A stretch of DNA of 64,000 bases from an uncultured cyanobacterium (GCA_963710605.1 CAVQBA010000006.1:736001-800000); one strand, 5' to 3'; numbered from the stretch's first letter, positions 51,091 to 63,017 are shown. The notes: a model not told the origin generated them from the letters alone. Program-made: numbers and translations.

Positions 51091-51219
51091 ATGACCGCAG
51101 AAAGTATGTTGTTAAATGGAGCGATCGCTTGTTTTAGTTTGGTTTTAGTGGGTTTAGCTTGGGGTTTTCTCTTACTAAGGATAGCTGATGAACCTGAAGA
51201 AAAAGCTAAATTAAAATAA
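51091..51219 (+). CDS. petM: Cytochrome b6f subunit VII PetM
   Basis: [51 protein letters not shown]; absent from the ORF track. Confidence 0.88.
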   Translation: MTAESMLLNGAIACFSLVLVGLAWGFLLLRIADEPEEKAKLK

Positions 51220-51349
51220 TCGTCGTCAAAATTCGTAATAAGGACTTGTAGTAAGTTTTGTCGTAAGGACTTTAGTCCTTATTCAACTAATAACTAATAA
51301 GATAAAAGATTTGACTTTAGTCCTTATTCATGAGCAGAATTAAGCTAAA

Positions 51350-52108
51350 TCAAAGCTGACTCGAATCTAGACTTTGAGCTTCTTCTGCACTAGTAGGTAG
51401 GTGCAAACCGCATTCTTGCTTAACTCCATGAAAACGAGTATCTCTTTCATTATCATCTTCAAGAGAAAGAGGGCGACTAGAATGCCAATCCCCTACTGAA
51501 ACATAACCTTGATCAAAATAAGGATGATAAGGTAAATCGTGTTTAGTTAGATACTGATATATATCACGAGAATTCCATTTCAGGATTGGTAAAATTTTGT
51601 ACATTTCTTGTTGCTGATTAACAAATTCTAACTGTTTACGAAATTGAGTTTGATTTTGTCTTAATCCTGCTAACCAAGCTTTTGCATCCAATTCTTGTAA
51701 TGCTTGTTGCATCGGTTCTACCTTTCTGATACGATCGTAAAGATTTAAAGATTCAATATCCTTATTTTGCCATAATTTACCGTGAAGAGCTTCCATTCTG
51801 GCAGGAGTTATGTCTGATTGATAAACTTTTAAATTAAGGTTGAGTCTTTGGCTTAATTGTTCGGCAAACAAATAGGTTTCTTTGGGTAAATACCCTGTAT
51901 CAATCCAAATTACTGGTATCTGAGGAATAATTTTCGTTACCAAATGCAACATCACCGCTGATTGTATGCCAAAACTGGTACTCATTACTAAATGGTTAGC
52001 AAATTCAGTCTGTGCCCATCTGACGATGTCTTGGGCTTGAGTATTACTCAGATTTTCGTTGACTAAATTCAAATCAAGTTGTTGATGTGAGTTAGATAAT
52101 TGATACAC
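51350..52108 (-). CDS. cysH: PAPS reductase
   Basis: STSFG, IDTGYL, RKVEP, GYVSVGD, ECGLH. Confidence 0.96.
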   Translation of the reverse strand: MYQLSNSHQQLDLNLVNENLSNTQAQDIVRWAQTEFANHLVMSTSFGIQSAVMLHLVTKIIPQIPVIWIDTGYLPKETYLFAEQLSQRLNLNLKVYQSDITPARMEALHGKLWQNKDIESLNLYDRIRKVEPMQQALQELDAKAWLAGLRQNQTQFRKQLEFVNQQQEMYKILPILKWNSRDIYQYLTKHDLPYHPYFDQGYVSVGDWHSSRPLSLEDDNERDTRFHGVKQECGLHLPTSAEEAQSLDSSQL

Positions 52109-52236
52109 TGGTTTTAATAATTAGTGATGTGATAAGCTATATTTTAGGTTAATCTGCTTTAAACGTGTAGCAAAGTACGATCGTTTGATTAATTTAACAG
52201 ATAATGTGAGGTACTACTTGTTTGGTTAATTATAAG

Positions 52237-53680
52237 GTGACATCTCCCACACTAATACTTTTCAAGCATATATGTGTAGGCTTCCAATCCTCACGAACTA
52301 GATTTTCTGCTTTTTCGGACGGTTCTAGACTTAGATTTCTTCTTGTCCCCGATACCGTTATCCTCCACAGACTGCAACACCGTTTGCCCCACGGCTAGTA
52401 AACCTCTTTGTTGAACAACTAAAGCACTTGCGTAATCTCTGTCACAAGTAAAACCACATTCTGAACAATGATGGAGTCTTTCTTTCAATTGTTTTTTACC
52501 CGTTAACGTTCCACAATTAGGACACGTTTGAGAGGTTAAGTTTTTATCCACCTTAAGAAAATAAACATCTCTTTTTCTGGCTACATGAGTAAGTATTTCT
52601 ATAAATGCACCAAAAGCAAAATCTAGTGAATGTTTGCGTAACATCCCTCTCGACCATGCTTTCGGCGATATATCTTCAAGAAATATCATTTTCGCTTGGT
52701 TGCAAAGATTATGGCTCAATTCATAATGAAATTGTTTTCTTTTGCTACCTATTTTTTCGTGCAGTAAAGCAATACGCATACAAGATTTATGCCAATTTAC
52801 TGACCCTTTTACTTTATGCTTTAACTTACGTTGCAGTGATGTCAACTTGCTTTGTAAGTCTAACAAGAATCTTGGTCTATCAATTGATTCATTTTTTGAT
52901 GTGTGTAGTATTTTGGTAAAGCCCAAATCTAGACCCAAACTTGAGTCAGATAAATCTGGTATTGGATTTGGTATATTCTCTACTGACTGAATTGTGCAAA
53001 CAGCATACCAACCAGAAGCCTTATTGACTATTTGAACTTGTTTGATGACAAATCCTTCTGGAATTGTTCTATGCAATATAATCTTCAATCTACCTATTTT
53101 GGGTAATTTAATTTGATTACCTTCAATCGGGCAAGTTTTAAATTGCGGAAATACGATTGAACGTATCTTTTTACGAAAACGTGGAAACCCAAATCCTCGT
53201 TGCTGAAATGCACGAAATGCCTTATCGACCTTACCTACTACCTCTTGGAGTACCTGCGACTGAACTTTTTTTAGCTCAGATACAGTTTTCTTCGCTTGAG
53301 TTAGTTCTCTTTTTTGTCTAAAATAATCTGGATAAGGAGTTTCATTTGGAATAATATATTCTTGAAAAAGACTACATCTATCCGCAGGAGACTTTTTTGA
53401 TTTTATCCAATCTTTTCTTTGACCTAGACAATAATTATAAACTTTTCGACATACACAAAGCCAGATAAAGAGTTTTTTCTCTTGAAGTGGTTCTGGATAA
53501 ATGCGGTACTCATAGTTTAAATTAATCATTTTCTAGGCGATTGAAGAAAATTGAATAGATTTAATATATCACTGATTGAAGATTATCGCAATGACAATCG
53601 GCTCGTATTCATCCCACACCGAAACTTAGTTATTTTTTATTGTGTTTACGGTGTGGGGCAACTCGAATCGATTAGCTAAA
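52237..53680 (-). mobile_element. IS200/IS605-family element with TnpB only (IS1341-like); left boundary approximate
   Basis: Subterminal hairpins at 53613-53657 and about 52246-52281; right end ...GATGTCAC. Confidence 0.8.
52291..53529 (-). CDS. tnpB: RNA-guided endonuclease TnpB
   Basis: YEYRIYP, RuvC motifs LGLDLG, FLEDI and DRDYASA; CPNC/CSEC zinc finger. Confidence 0.93.
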   Translation of the reverse strand: MINLNYEYRIYPEPLQEKKLFIWLCVCRKVYNYCLGQRKDWIKSKKSPADRCSLFQEYIIPNETPYPDYFRQKRELTQAKKTVSELKKVQSQVLQEVVGKVDKAFRAFQQRGFGFPRFRKKIRSIVFPQFKTCPIEGNQIKLPKIGRLKIILHRTIPEGFVIKQVQIVNKASGWYAVCTIQSVENIPNPIPDLSDSSLGLDLGFTKILHTSKNESIDRPRFLLDLQSKLTSLQRKLKHKVKGSVNWHKSCMRIALLHEKIGSKRKQFHYELSHNLCNQAKMIFLEDISPKAWSRGMLRKHSLDFAFGAFIEILTHVARKRDVYFLKVDKNLTSQTCPNCGTLTGKKQLKERLHHCSECGFTCDRDYASALVVQQRGLLAVGQTVLQSVEDNGIGDKKKSKSRTVRKSRKSSS

Positions 53681-53903
53681 AACTGATTGATAATTATTGA
53701 TTAATTTTTCTACCTCGCTAAAAAATAAAATTGGTAATTTGATTAAGATTAAATTTGTCTTAATAGCAATTCAATTATTCTAGACTATGCTTAAGGTTTG
53801 GAAAGATAAAATATCTTTGTTGAGAATTCCAAACTTGAATAAATACACATTATCTTACATTAGTATTTTTTACTGTTTAGTTTCAATGTTCGCTCTTTTT
53901 TAA

Positions 53904-54605
53904 TTATGAATTCTTCGCTTTTAATTTCAATGGCTGATTAGATAAACATAACCAATGACAACTATACAAATTAGGTTGATGTGGATTGTTAATTGAAGCG
54001 ATGGCTGGAGTTGCAGGGAAAGGCCATAATCTATCAAAAATTATCTCATTTTTAACTAACTTAAACTGTAACAAATAAACCGAAGGGATTGCCTGAATAG
54101 AATCTAATAACTCAGAAGCTAATTTTTTGAGCTGAGGGCGAATTTCTAAAGGTAAATCAAAAGGTTGGTGATACTGATTAGGCATCATTCCTTCGCAAAT
54201 AACCGAACCAAAAGTAGATTCCCCATTCGCATAAATGATTGGTAACCACAAATCTCCTAACCAAATATTATCGTAGCTAGTTTTATAACCAAAATTTTGT
54301 TTTACCCATTTCCTTCTTCTCTCTAAATTGCGACAAGCATCATAAACTTTGCGCCCCGAAAAATTAAACCAATCGGGTAATTTAATCGTCAATGGACAAT
54401 AAATGGTTGAATCTTGAGAAAATTCAGGCGATTGCGGCGATTTTGACCATAAATCTGCTCCACTCAAAATTTCTATTTCATAAGAGTCACGAGAATTAAT
54501 GACGCTTTTACTTAACGCCAAAGCCATTCTTTCGGCGACAGGTGCTGTGGTGCTAATTTTACCTCCTTGTACTTGAGCATTAACGATGATAGTAACTTTT
54601 GGCAT
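53904..54605 (-). CDS. Cyanobacterial hypothetical protein (degenerate ATP-grasp-like C-terminus)
   Basis: PSVYLLQF, FDRLWPFPATPAIAS. Confidence 0.7.
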   Translation of the reverse strand: MPKVTIIVNAQVQGGKISTTAPVAERMALALSKSVINSRDSYEIEILSGADLWSKSPQSPEFSQDSTIYCPLTIKLPDWFNFSGRKVYDACRNLERRRKWVKQNFGYKTSYDNIWLGDLWLPIIYANGESTFGSVICEGMMPNQYHQPFDLPLEIRPQLKKLASELLDSIQAIPSVYLLQFKLVKNEIIFDRLWPFPATPAIASINNPHQPNLYSCHWLCLSNQPLKLKAKNS

Positions 54606-55245
54606 TATATAAGATATTGAAGTTTAGTTGTATTATCCCAGTCTTCGGCGATTTGTCTCTTTTAATTAATTGATTAATTGATTAATGAAGTTATGATTTA
54701 ACTTAAAAACCTATTTATATTTTACTTTAATTACGTCTGAAAAAGTAGTAAGTATATTTGCTTATTCCTTTTTAAATATAGGTTAAAAAATCATAATAAA
54801 AAGAGAATTAAGTACCTAGGGGCATAAACTATAGCTATTTATTAATTAATTATAAAGAAACTTATTTTCTATCTTAAGCTAAGATTTATAACTATGAAGT
54901 AAGTACAAAGAAAAATAGATCTAATTTTGTTAAATCGGTAACAAAGATTTATAATCATATTAATAATCATATTAATAATATTAATGTCAGTAAAATTTAT
55001 CTGATTAGATGAATAATCAGCTAATGAGTTTCACTCATGACTAAACTTAGTCTAACTTAAAGATTCTCTGTTTTATTGGTATAGTGAAACAGCAGGATAG
55101 ATAGAATTAGATCAACGAAAAAAATTACTTTAATAATAAGACATTGAGGATTGATCAATTGAATAAATAACGATCGTTATTTATCTTTATTATTTACCAA
55201 AAAGTCAAGGGTTTAAAACCCCGAATCTCGCTCCTTACAAAGGGG

Positions 55246-55365
55246 AGGGCTGTTTCATTCTCAAAAAGAAGAAAATAGCTATCTGCTCAAAACAAATAGC
55301 TAGAAGCAAAAAATAAATAGCTAGAAGCTATTACTACATAATCGATCGAGCGATTTGGTTACATT
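55246..55365 (+). mobile_element. Second IS end remnant, with an internally amplified AAATAGCTA unit
   Basis: Homologous to 40201-40284. Confidence 0.55.
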
Positions 55366-55433
55366 GTTCAAGCATTTTTAAGTTAATTGCCTTACAAGTA
55401 GAAAATTAAACATTATCAACAAGTAATAAAGAT

Positions 55434-56669
55434 TTAACTTTGATTTTCAACCATTGGTAAAACGGGTAAATCATTTTGTTTTGCGATTGTTTCATCAATC
55501 TCTACTTCTTCTAATAACTCTTGGGTAGGATTATCTTCGGTAATAACTTCAGGAGTAATCATTTGTTCGATAATTGCTTCTTCTTCTGGTGCAACTTCAG
55601 TTTCTATTTCTTCAGGGATAATCGGTTGTGTCTGCTTAGGTGCAACTTCAGTTTTTATTTCTTCGGGAATAGTTGATTGTGTAGTATCAGTATTACCCGA
55701 CGAAGTTTTTGTTTCAATTGGTTGAGTGACAACTTCAGTTAAAGTCTCATTTTCAGGATTAATAATTGCTTGTGCTTTTTCTAGACTGATGTTACCTGTG
55801 ACTAATTTAGCTAAAGTATCTTCTGATTGTGAATTAAAAGTAATCGCTCTGACAGTACTATTAAAGACATTTTTAACTAAATCACCATTTTCATCAATAT
55901 ACTCTAACTTAATCCAATTTTGACCTTCATTAAAACCTTCAAGATAGATAGGTTGCCATCTGTCTAGTAAAAAAGACTCTCCATTAACGGTTACTCTAAT
56001 CCGCCAATCAGTAATCTCATCATCAGGATTATCTTGAGCTACAACGTGTAAAGGTGCATCGGTTAAATAAAAATCTAACATAATTGGCTCAGCATTATAA
56101 ACACCTTGAGGGCGACTATAAGTTAGTAATGGTTGTGTTGATGAAGGATTGTTTTCTTCAGTCTTAGTAAATACATGAAAAGTAGTTGTAGCGTATGCAC
56201 CTCTATTTTTAAAACTTTCGTGCCAAGGGCGAGACGCAAAAACTCTAATAGTATGAGTGCCGGGGGTTAAATCTGATAAAGTGACAAGTTGATTGGTATT
56301 GTACACAGCTTGATAGGGTTTGTCATCCACAAAAAAATGTAAATGTGGCCCCATTTTTAATTCTGGATTTTTAAATGTGTCTAATCCTTCTACTTCTAAT
56401 TTAACTTCAACATTTTGACTTTCAACAACTTGATCATTTGTTGGGCTGATAATATTTACTTGTGGTTTGGTTTGAGCAAATTTTTGATTAAGTTGGCTAA
56501 TTAGTTTTGGTGGTGAAACTTCAGCTATTTTTTCGACACGAGGAAGGGGGGGTTTTGATTCGTCTTCAAATGCTTGAACGCTTTGTATAGTATCGTTACT
56601 ACTACAACTCATAAGTACTAAACTCATGATTGTAATAGTAAGCCATGATAATATTTTTTTGCCGATCAT
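55434..56669 (-). CDS. Lipoprotein, hypothetical
   Basis: Lipobox LMSC, GPHLHFFVD, RPWHESFKN, acidic tail with repeated IPEEIxTEVAP. Confidence 0.8.
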   Translation of the reverse strand: MIGKKILSWLTITIMSLVLMSCSSNDTIQSVQAFEDESKPPLPRVEKIAEVSPPKLISQLNQKFAQTKPQVNIISPTNDQVVESQNVEVKLEVEGLDTFKNPELKMGPHLHFFVDDKPYQAVYNTNQLVTLSDLTPGTHTIRVFASRPWHESFKNRGAYATTTFHVFTKTEENNPSSTQPLLTYSRPQGVYNAEPIMLDFYLTDAPLHVVAQDNPDDEITDWRIRVTVNGESFLLDRWQPIYLEGFNEGQNWIKLEYIDENGDLVKNVFNSTVRAITFNSQSEDTLAKLVTGNISLEKAQAIINPENETLTEVVTQPIETKTSSGNTDTTQSTIPEEIKTEVAPKQTQPIIPEEIETEVAPEEEAIIEQMITPEVITEDNPTQELLEEVEIDETIAKQNDLPVLPMVENQS

Positions 56670-56806
56670 AATCAGTAATCTAGTGACTTTTTTGTTTAAT
56701 AATCATACCCGAAAAGATGAGTAATAAGTAATAAGTAAGAAGTAAGGAGTAATAAATATTAATTGTCAATTGTCCATTGTCAATTGTCAATTATTCTAGG
56801 TGCTTG

Positions 56807-58210
56807 TTAGCTTTTAATCTGAGCTAGTAAATCATTAAAAGGTTGCCAGTTATCTTCAGTGGCGATCGATTCCCAGACAGCTTCAATAACAGGGCGTACG
56901 GGAACTATTTTTGGATTATGTTTCTCTAGAGTATTCGGTACTTGTGCCAATTCTTGATCTGATAGTGTTGCTAAACAGCGAGAATATAATCTTTGCCATG
57001 TTTTTAAGTAAGAAGAATTAATCTCACTATTTTCCATAATTAAACTTTCATCTGATTGCCAACCCTGATTATATTGAGTAGTTAAATCGATAAAAAATTG
57101 AGGATAACTATATTGACTGTCTTTAAGTAAATCGATCGTTGTTTTAACTAAATCGATCGCAATATCAGAATCTAGTTTAGTAAGTCCTAATTTACCTAAC
57201 ATTAAATGACGATAATACTCTTCATAATAATCATTAAATATTGCTAACTCAACTTGTAAATCAGCCGAAGGGATGACTAAATTTAGTGGTTTTTGTAATA
57301 ATTCTAAATTCCAACGACAAATAGCTGGTTGATTTCCATAACTGTATCTGCCACCATAATCAAAATAAGCCGCGGTAAATTTTGGATCATATGTATTAAT
57401 AAAAGCATAAGGACCATAATCAAAACTTTCTCCTGTAATCGACATATTATCAGTATTTAGAACACCATGACAAAAACCTGCCGCCATCCATTGAGCCGCA
57501 AGTAAAGCCACTCTTTCGACTAATTCTCGGTAAAATTTTGTATAAGGTTGGTCAACTGTTGTTAAATGAGGATAATAATTATAAATAACATGATCTAATA
57601 AGTTTTTAATCAAATCAGGGCGTTCGTGGTAATAAAGCCTCTCAAAAGTACCAAAACGAAGGTGAGAATGACTAAAACGTACCATCACACTACTACGAGT
57701 CGGTGAAGGCTCATCTCCCCGCCAGAGGGCTTCTCCTGTCTCAATTAAGCAAAAACAACGAGATGTATTGACACCCATCCTTGATAAAGTCTCAGCGGCG
57801 ATAACTTCTCTTACTCCTCCTTTAAGGGTTAGTCTGCCATCGGCTTGACGAGAATATGGCGTTCTACCTGTGCCTTTAGTACCAAAGTCATAGAGTTTTT
57901 CATCTTTACCCCTAACTTGTCCGTAAACAAAGCCTCTACCATCTCCTAATTGAGGATTGTAACTACCGAATTGATAACCATGATATTTTAAAGCCAAAAA
58001 AGGACGTATTCCTTTAAATTTACCGAAAGCTTCTAACCAATCGTTTTCACTAACAGTATCTGGAGCGATATTGATAAAGGGTAACAAATCTTTGTTAGCG
58101 TATCTTAAAATTAATTCAGGAAATTCAGCGGCGACTACTTCACTATAGTAATCTTCCCCTAAGTTTTCGATCGCTAAGTCGTATTCTAGATTAAGAAATG
58201 GATTGGTCAT
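56807..58210 (-). CDS. selO: Protein adenylyltransferase SelO (YdiU)
   Basis: YHGYQFG, LGDGRG, KGTGRTPYSR, DGR, HGVLNTDN. Confidence 0.95.
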   Translation of the reverse strand: MTNPFLNLEYDLAIENLGEDYYSEVVAAEFPELILRYANKDLLPFINIAPDTVSENDWLEAFGKFKGIRPFLALKYHGYQFGSYNPQLGDGRGFVYGQVRGKDEKLYDFGTKGTGRTPYSRQADGRLTLKGGVREVIAAETLSRMGVNTSRCFCLIETGEALWRGDEPSPTRSSVMVRFSHSHLRFGTFERLYYHERPDLIKNLLDHVIYNYYPHLTTVDQPYTKFYRELVERVALLAAQWMAAGFCHGVLNTDNMSITGESFDYGPYAFINTYDPKFTAAYFDYGGRYSYGNQPAICRWNLELLQKPLNLVIPSADLQVELAIFNDYYEEYYRHLMLGKLGLTKLDSDIAIDLVKTTIDLLKDSQYSYPQFFIDLTTQYNQGWQSDESLIMENSEINSSYLKTWQRLYSRCLATLSDQELAQVPNTLEKHNPKIVPVRPVIEAVWESIATEDNWQPFNDLLAQIKS

Positions 58211-58562
58211 ATTTGATAGTTAAAAGTTAAGAGTCAAGAGTTAAGAGTTAAAACAGGCACTCGTGCAAAAGTTAAAAGTCTTTCATAACTATAAGCTATA
58301 AGCTAATTGTTCATTATTAATTGTTCACTGTTCATTGATAATGTGTTTGTTTGTTTACATTTATTGTAAAACGTTGTTGAAGTTATCCGTTAACATTAAT
58401 TGGAGTTAGAAAGTTGTTCAAGTAACAATATTGTTAGTGTTATTTAATTAAAACTGAAAACGATCGATTATTTTAGCGGTAAATTTTCAGTCTCATGACA
58501 ATATTAGTGTAAAAAATTGGATCGAAACACTCATTTCAATCTAAAATTTGGATAATCTATAA

Positions 58563-58934
<372 letters not shown>

Positions 58935-58949
58935 TCATAATTGAGAATT

Positions 58950-58999
58950 GCGGTGAGAACCCGCGGAAGTTCCTTCCGCTAGGGAACGCTCACCAAGAC
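58950..58999 (+). mobile_element. 50-nt structured element inserted in a GAGAATT tandem repeat
   Basis: GCGGTGAGAACCCGCGGAAGTTCCTTCCGCTAGGGAACGCTCACCAAGAC. Confidence 0.85.
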
Positions 59000-59222
59000 G
59001 AGAATTGAGAATTGAGAATTAATAATTAGTTATTGATCCAAATTACGATAATTTATAATTAATGCTTTCTCATTCTCTCAATTTAATTCTCAAAATATCG
59101 ATCGATCAATGGCTACATAGTAATTTTTTTATTTCAAAGTTATTGTTTAATTAAAATTGGTTATATTTAAGACCAGAGTTTATTTTATAATTATCGATCA
59201 ATTTTTAAAAACCCAGATTTCT

Positions 59223-59864
59223 ATGAGAATAAGTAAGAAGAAAAAAGCTACAGAAATTTTAACTATTCTCAAACAATTATATCCTTCTGCTACTTGTAGT
59301 TTGGACTATCAAACGCCCTTACAATTGTTAGTTGCAACTATCTTATCCGCTCAATGTACCGACGAGCGAGTGAATAAGGTTACACCTGCTTTGTTTGCTA
59401 GATTTCCTGACGCTCAGAGTTTTGCTAATGCCGATCGAGAAGAGATTGAAACATTAGTACGATCGACTGGTTTTTTTCGTAATAAAGCTAAAAATATTCA
59501 AAATGCGTCGATTAAAATAGTCGAAGATTTTGATGGGAATGTACCCCAAACAATGGAGGAATTGTTAACTTTAGCTGGTGTTGCCCGTAAAACAGCTAAT
59601 GTAGTTTTAGCTCATGCTTTTGGTGTCATAGAAGGGGTAACAGTAGATACTCATGTCAAACGTTTGAGTAATCGTTTGGGTTTAACTAAAAAGTCTAATC
59701 CTGTTCAAATAGAGCAAGATTTAATGAAATTGTTACCGCAACCTGAATGGGAAATTTTTTCGATTAGTATTATTTATCATGGCAGAGCGGTATGTAATGC
59801 CAGAAAGCCGAAGTGCGAAAACTGTGATTTAGCTCATTTGTGTGTTTTTGTACGATCGTTGTAG
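59223..59864 (+). CDS. nth: Endonuclease III
   Basis: LSAQCTD, HhH motif LAGVARKTANV, VDTHV, C-x6-C-x2-C-x5-C. Confidence 0.96.
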   Translation: MRISKKKKATEILTILKQLYPSATCSLDYQTPLQLLVATILSAQCTDERVNKVTPALFARFPDAQSFANADREEIETLVRSTGFFRNKAKNIQNASIKIVEDFDGNVPQTMEELLTLAGVARKTANVVLAHAFGVIEGVTVDTHVKRLSNRLGLTKKSNPVQIEQDLMKLLPQPEWEIFSISIIYHGRAVCNARKPKCENCDLAHLCVFVRSL

Positions 59865-60055
59865 TCTTTATTTATTTACAGAAAGACTAAAGTCCTGACT
59901 ACTGATGAACAGGTGTATTAATTTATTACTTTTATTATTCGTTGATTTAGGGTTGAATGATATTCAACCCCCTACGATCGTTTACAATCAAATACAAAAT
60001 ATAAGGAGTCAACAACTATCAATTTTAATTCTAGATTCTAACTTCTAAATTCTCT

Positions 60056-62440
60056 TCAGATATCATAAAGTTGCTTTTCTAATTGTTGTACTGTTTGTCG
60101 ATAACCTTTTCTCCCGCCAAATAACTGAGCTATTTCCATCGGTGTACCTATTTGATTAAAAGGATCGATTTTTAAAATCTGTGGTTCTGTGACGGCTTCT
60201 AACCCCTCATCAGCATACTTATCAAGAAGTGTGGATAATACTTTTTTTGCTTTATCGCCATACTTACTAAAATAATTACGTTTTTGCACTTGTGTTGCTC
60301 TTTCTTGTCGGGTTAAAGGAGGCACATCCCAAACTAGATGGCAGATTAAATCAAAGGGATTGTAATTTTTACCGACTTGTTGAGCTAATTCAGGAAAAAA
60401 TACACCTTCTTGGGCTAACTCTTCAATGATTACTTGTTTTTTCTCGGCTTTACTCCATTTACGCAAGAAATCGTCTAAAGAGCTATATTGATGATTAACT
60501 CGATTGCGGGTATAGTCTTTTAAAGATTCGGTAATCAGTTTGCCATCTGCATCATAATATTGCACCCGCTCGGATGCAACAGTTACTTTTACATCACGAA
60601 CAATATATTTATTTACTCGATCGTTATCATTTGTCCATTCACCCCAATTTCCTTGAGATTCATAAGCATTATAGACACCGTCTTTATGATTTGTTTCTGG
60701 GTACTTGTAAGACTCATCTTGCTGGTCAAAATCATCTGGAGGTACAGGGGAATCTTCTAATGATTTAGGCTCATAAATTTGGACTGGATCGCCGTCAAAG
60801 TTAGGGTCAGCAAATAGTTCAGTTGCTTTTTTAAAATCGATGATAGTAAAGTAAAATTTATCGTAATCTTCGTTGATGCGTGTGCCTCTACCAATAATTT
60901 GTTTAAATTCGCTCATCGATCGTATCCGTTGGTCGAGTACAATTAGTTTACAAGTAACAGCATCAACACCAGTGGTCATTAATTTAGAAGTAGTGACGAT
61001 GACAGGGTAAACACTTTCAGCAAAGATAAAGTTGTCAAGTTCGTTTTTGCCTTCTAGATTATCTCCTGTTATACGCATCACATATTTGGAGTTTTCGGCG
61101 ACTAAATCACTATTGGCATTAGCTAAACAGGTACGCATTCTTTCGGCATGATCAATATTTTCACAAAAAACGATCGTTTTATCGTAGCGATTAGTATTTT
61201 TCAGAAATTCGGTAATTTTTTGAGCAACTAATTCAGTCCGTTTTTCTAAAACTAGATTTTTATCAAAGTCTTTTTGGTTATAAATTTTGTCTTCGATAGT
61301 ATAACCATATTTATCTTTTTGTCCTTTTTGTGGGCGCCATCCTGATAAATCTTTGTCGATGTCAATTCGCACTACTTTATAAGGGGCAAGAAAACCATCA
61401 TCAATACCTTGACGTAAAGAGTAAGTATAAATGGGTTCACCAAAATAATCAATATTAGAGACATCTTTAGTTTCTTTCGGAGTCGCCGTTAAACCGATTT
61501 GGGTAGCAGTAGAAAAATAGTCTAATATCTCTCGCCATGCAGAATCTTCCGAGGCACTACCCCGATGACATTCGTCAATCACAATCAAGTCAAAAAAATC
61601 AGGGCTAAATTGTCGGTAAATATTTTTATCTTCTTCTTTTCCTGTAACGGCTTGATATAAAGCTAAATAAATTTCGTAGGCTTTATTGGCTTGTCGTTTT
61701 TGAATTTTGGTCATTGCCGAACCAAAGGGTTTAAAATCGTTTACCATGGTTTGGTCAGCTAAGATATTTCGATCGACTAAGAACAAAATTCTTTTTTTAT
61801 AACGAGATTTCCATAACCGCCAAATTATCTGAAAAGCGGTAAACGTTTTACCTGTGCCTGTCGCCATCACTAGTAAGATGCGTTGTTGCCCTAAACTGAT
61901 AGCTTCAATGGTTTTGTTAACTGCTAAAAGTTGATAGTAACGAGGAGTTTTACCACTGCCGTCATTGTAATAGTCTTGGGTAATTAGTTTTTCTTGTTGC
62001 TCGTTAAAACCTTGAAAATCTGACCACCAACGCCATAAAGTTTGCGGTGAAGGTATCTGCTCAAATTCTAATTCTTTTTCGATGATTCCATCTTGATTTA
62101 TTTTATTATGAAACAAGACTCGATCGCCATTACTACTAAAAACAAAAGGCACTTGTAACAACTCGGCATAACCTAAAGCTTGTTGCATACCATCACCAAC
62201 GCTATGATTATTATCTTTAGCTTCAATTACTGCGATAGGAAGATTGGGTTTATAAAACAAGACATAATCAGCCCATTTATTTTTACCACGAATATGTAAT
62301 TTACCTCGCACCATCACTCGCCCATTGGTTAAAGTAAATTCTTCTCTAATTTGGGTTTGAATATTCCAACCTGCTTTTTCTAAGGCGGGGGTGATAAATT
62401 TGGTACAAATATCTCTTTCTGATAAGTCTTTTTTATTCAT
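60056..62440 (-). CDS. hsdR: Type I restriction subunit R (EcoAI/EcoEI-like)
   Basis: [37 protein letters not shown]. Confidence 0.95.
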   Translation of the reverse strand: MNKKDLSERDICTKFITPALEKAGWNIQTQIREEFTLTNGRVMVRGKLHIRGKNKWADYVLFYKPNLPIAVIEAKDNNHSVGDGMQQALGYAELLQVPFVFSSNGDRVLFHNKINQDGIIEKELEFEQIPSPQTLWRWWSDFQGFNEQQEKLITQDYYNDGSGKTPRYYQLLAVNKTIEAISLGQQRILLVMATGTGKTFTAFQIIWRLWKSRYKKRILFLVDRNILADQTMVNDFKPFGSAMTKIQKRQANKAYEIYLALYQAVTGKEEDKNIYRQFSPDFFDLIVIDECHRGSASEDSAWREILDYFSTATQIGLTATPKETKDVSNIDYFGEPIYTYSLRQGIDDGFLAPYKVVRIDIDKDLSGWRPQKGQKDKYGYTIEDKIYNQKDFDKNLVLEKRTELVAQKITEFLKNTNRYDKTIVFCENIDHAERMRTCLANANSDLVAENSKYVMRITGDNLEGKNELDNFIFAESVYPVIVTTSKLMTTGVDAVTCKLIVLDQRIRSMSEFKQIIGRGTRINEDYDKFYFTIIDFKKATELFADPNFDGDPVQIYEPKSLEDSPVPPDDFDQQDESYKYPETNHKDGVYNAYESQGNWGEWTNDNDRVNKYIVRDVKVTVASERVQYYDADGKLITESLKDYTRNRVNHQYSSLDDFLRKWSKAEKKQVIIEELAQEGVFFPELAQQVGKNYNPFDLICHLVWDVPPLTRQERATQVQKRNYFSKYGDKAKKVLSTLLDKYADEGLEAVTEPQILKIDPFNQIGTPMEIAQLFGGRKGYRQTVQQLEKQLYDI

Positions 62441-62575
62441 CAGTTGATGGTTTGAGGAGTAAAGGAAATTTATTTTTATTATGACATTAACAGAAATTAG
62501 ATGAATGTTTCAATCGTCTAAATTATATTTTTAAATTATGGTTGAAAGATATATCAAATATGACATAATATCTTG

Positions 62576-62623
62576 ATGAGTAATCAAACAACCAAACCTT
62601 TAGTCTGGCTCAAAAGAGATTAA
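62576..62623 (+). pseudogene. 15-codon stub of a RelE/HigB-like toxin
   Basis: MSNQTTKPLVWLKRD*, directly upstream of an XRE gene. Confidence 0.55.
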
Positions 62624-62625
62624 TT

Positions 62626-62940
62626 ATTGATATAGATAAAAAGCAAAAATTAGAAGCCAAAGGTTGGCAAGTAGGAGATACAGCTGATTTTTTAGATTTA
62701 CAACCCGACGAAGTTGCTTTTATTGAGTTTAAATTAGCTTTAAGTAAACAACTAAGAAAAATGAGAACATCTCAAAATATTTCTCAACAAAATTTGGCTC
62801 AACAAATTAATTCTTCTCAATCTCGAATCGCTAAAATGGAGGCTTGTGATAGTTCTGTTTCTGTTGATTTAATGGTCAAAACGATATTTTCTCTTGGTGC
62901 AACTAATCAAGATATCGCTCAGGCTATCGTTGATAATTAA
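62626..62940 (+). CDS. XRE-family HTH antitoxin-like protein with ATT at the expected start
   Basis: KQKLEAKGWQVGDTADFLDL...ISQQNLAQQINSSQSRIAKMEA; absent from the ORF track. Confidence 0.75.
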   Translation: MDIDKKQKLEAKGWQVGDTADFLDLQPDEVAFIEFKLALSKQLRKMRTSQNISQQNLAQQINSSQSRIAKMEACDSSVSVDLMVKTIFSLGATNQDIAQAIVDN

Positions 62941-63017
62941 GACTTGATGAAGGGTTGTCTGAATCTAATAGTAGCAATGGTAAATTTAGATTGAGAAAAA
63001 AAATTTCTGAGGTTTAT

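Noticed and set aside
58340-58440. NtcA box upstream of glnB
   Set aside because: No GTA-N8-TAC match found; only weak variants
59157-59222. Extended TTG start for nth
   Set aside because: The ATG at 59223 gives a normal-length endonuclease III
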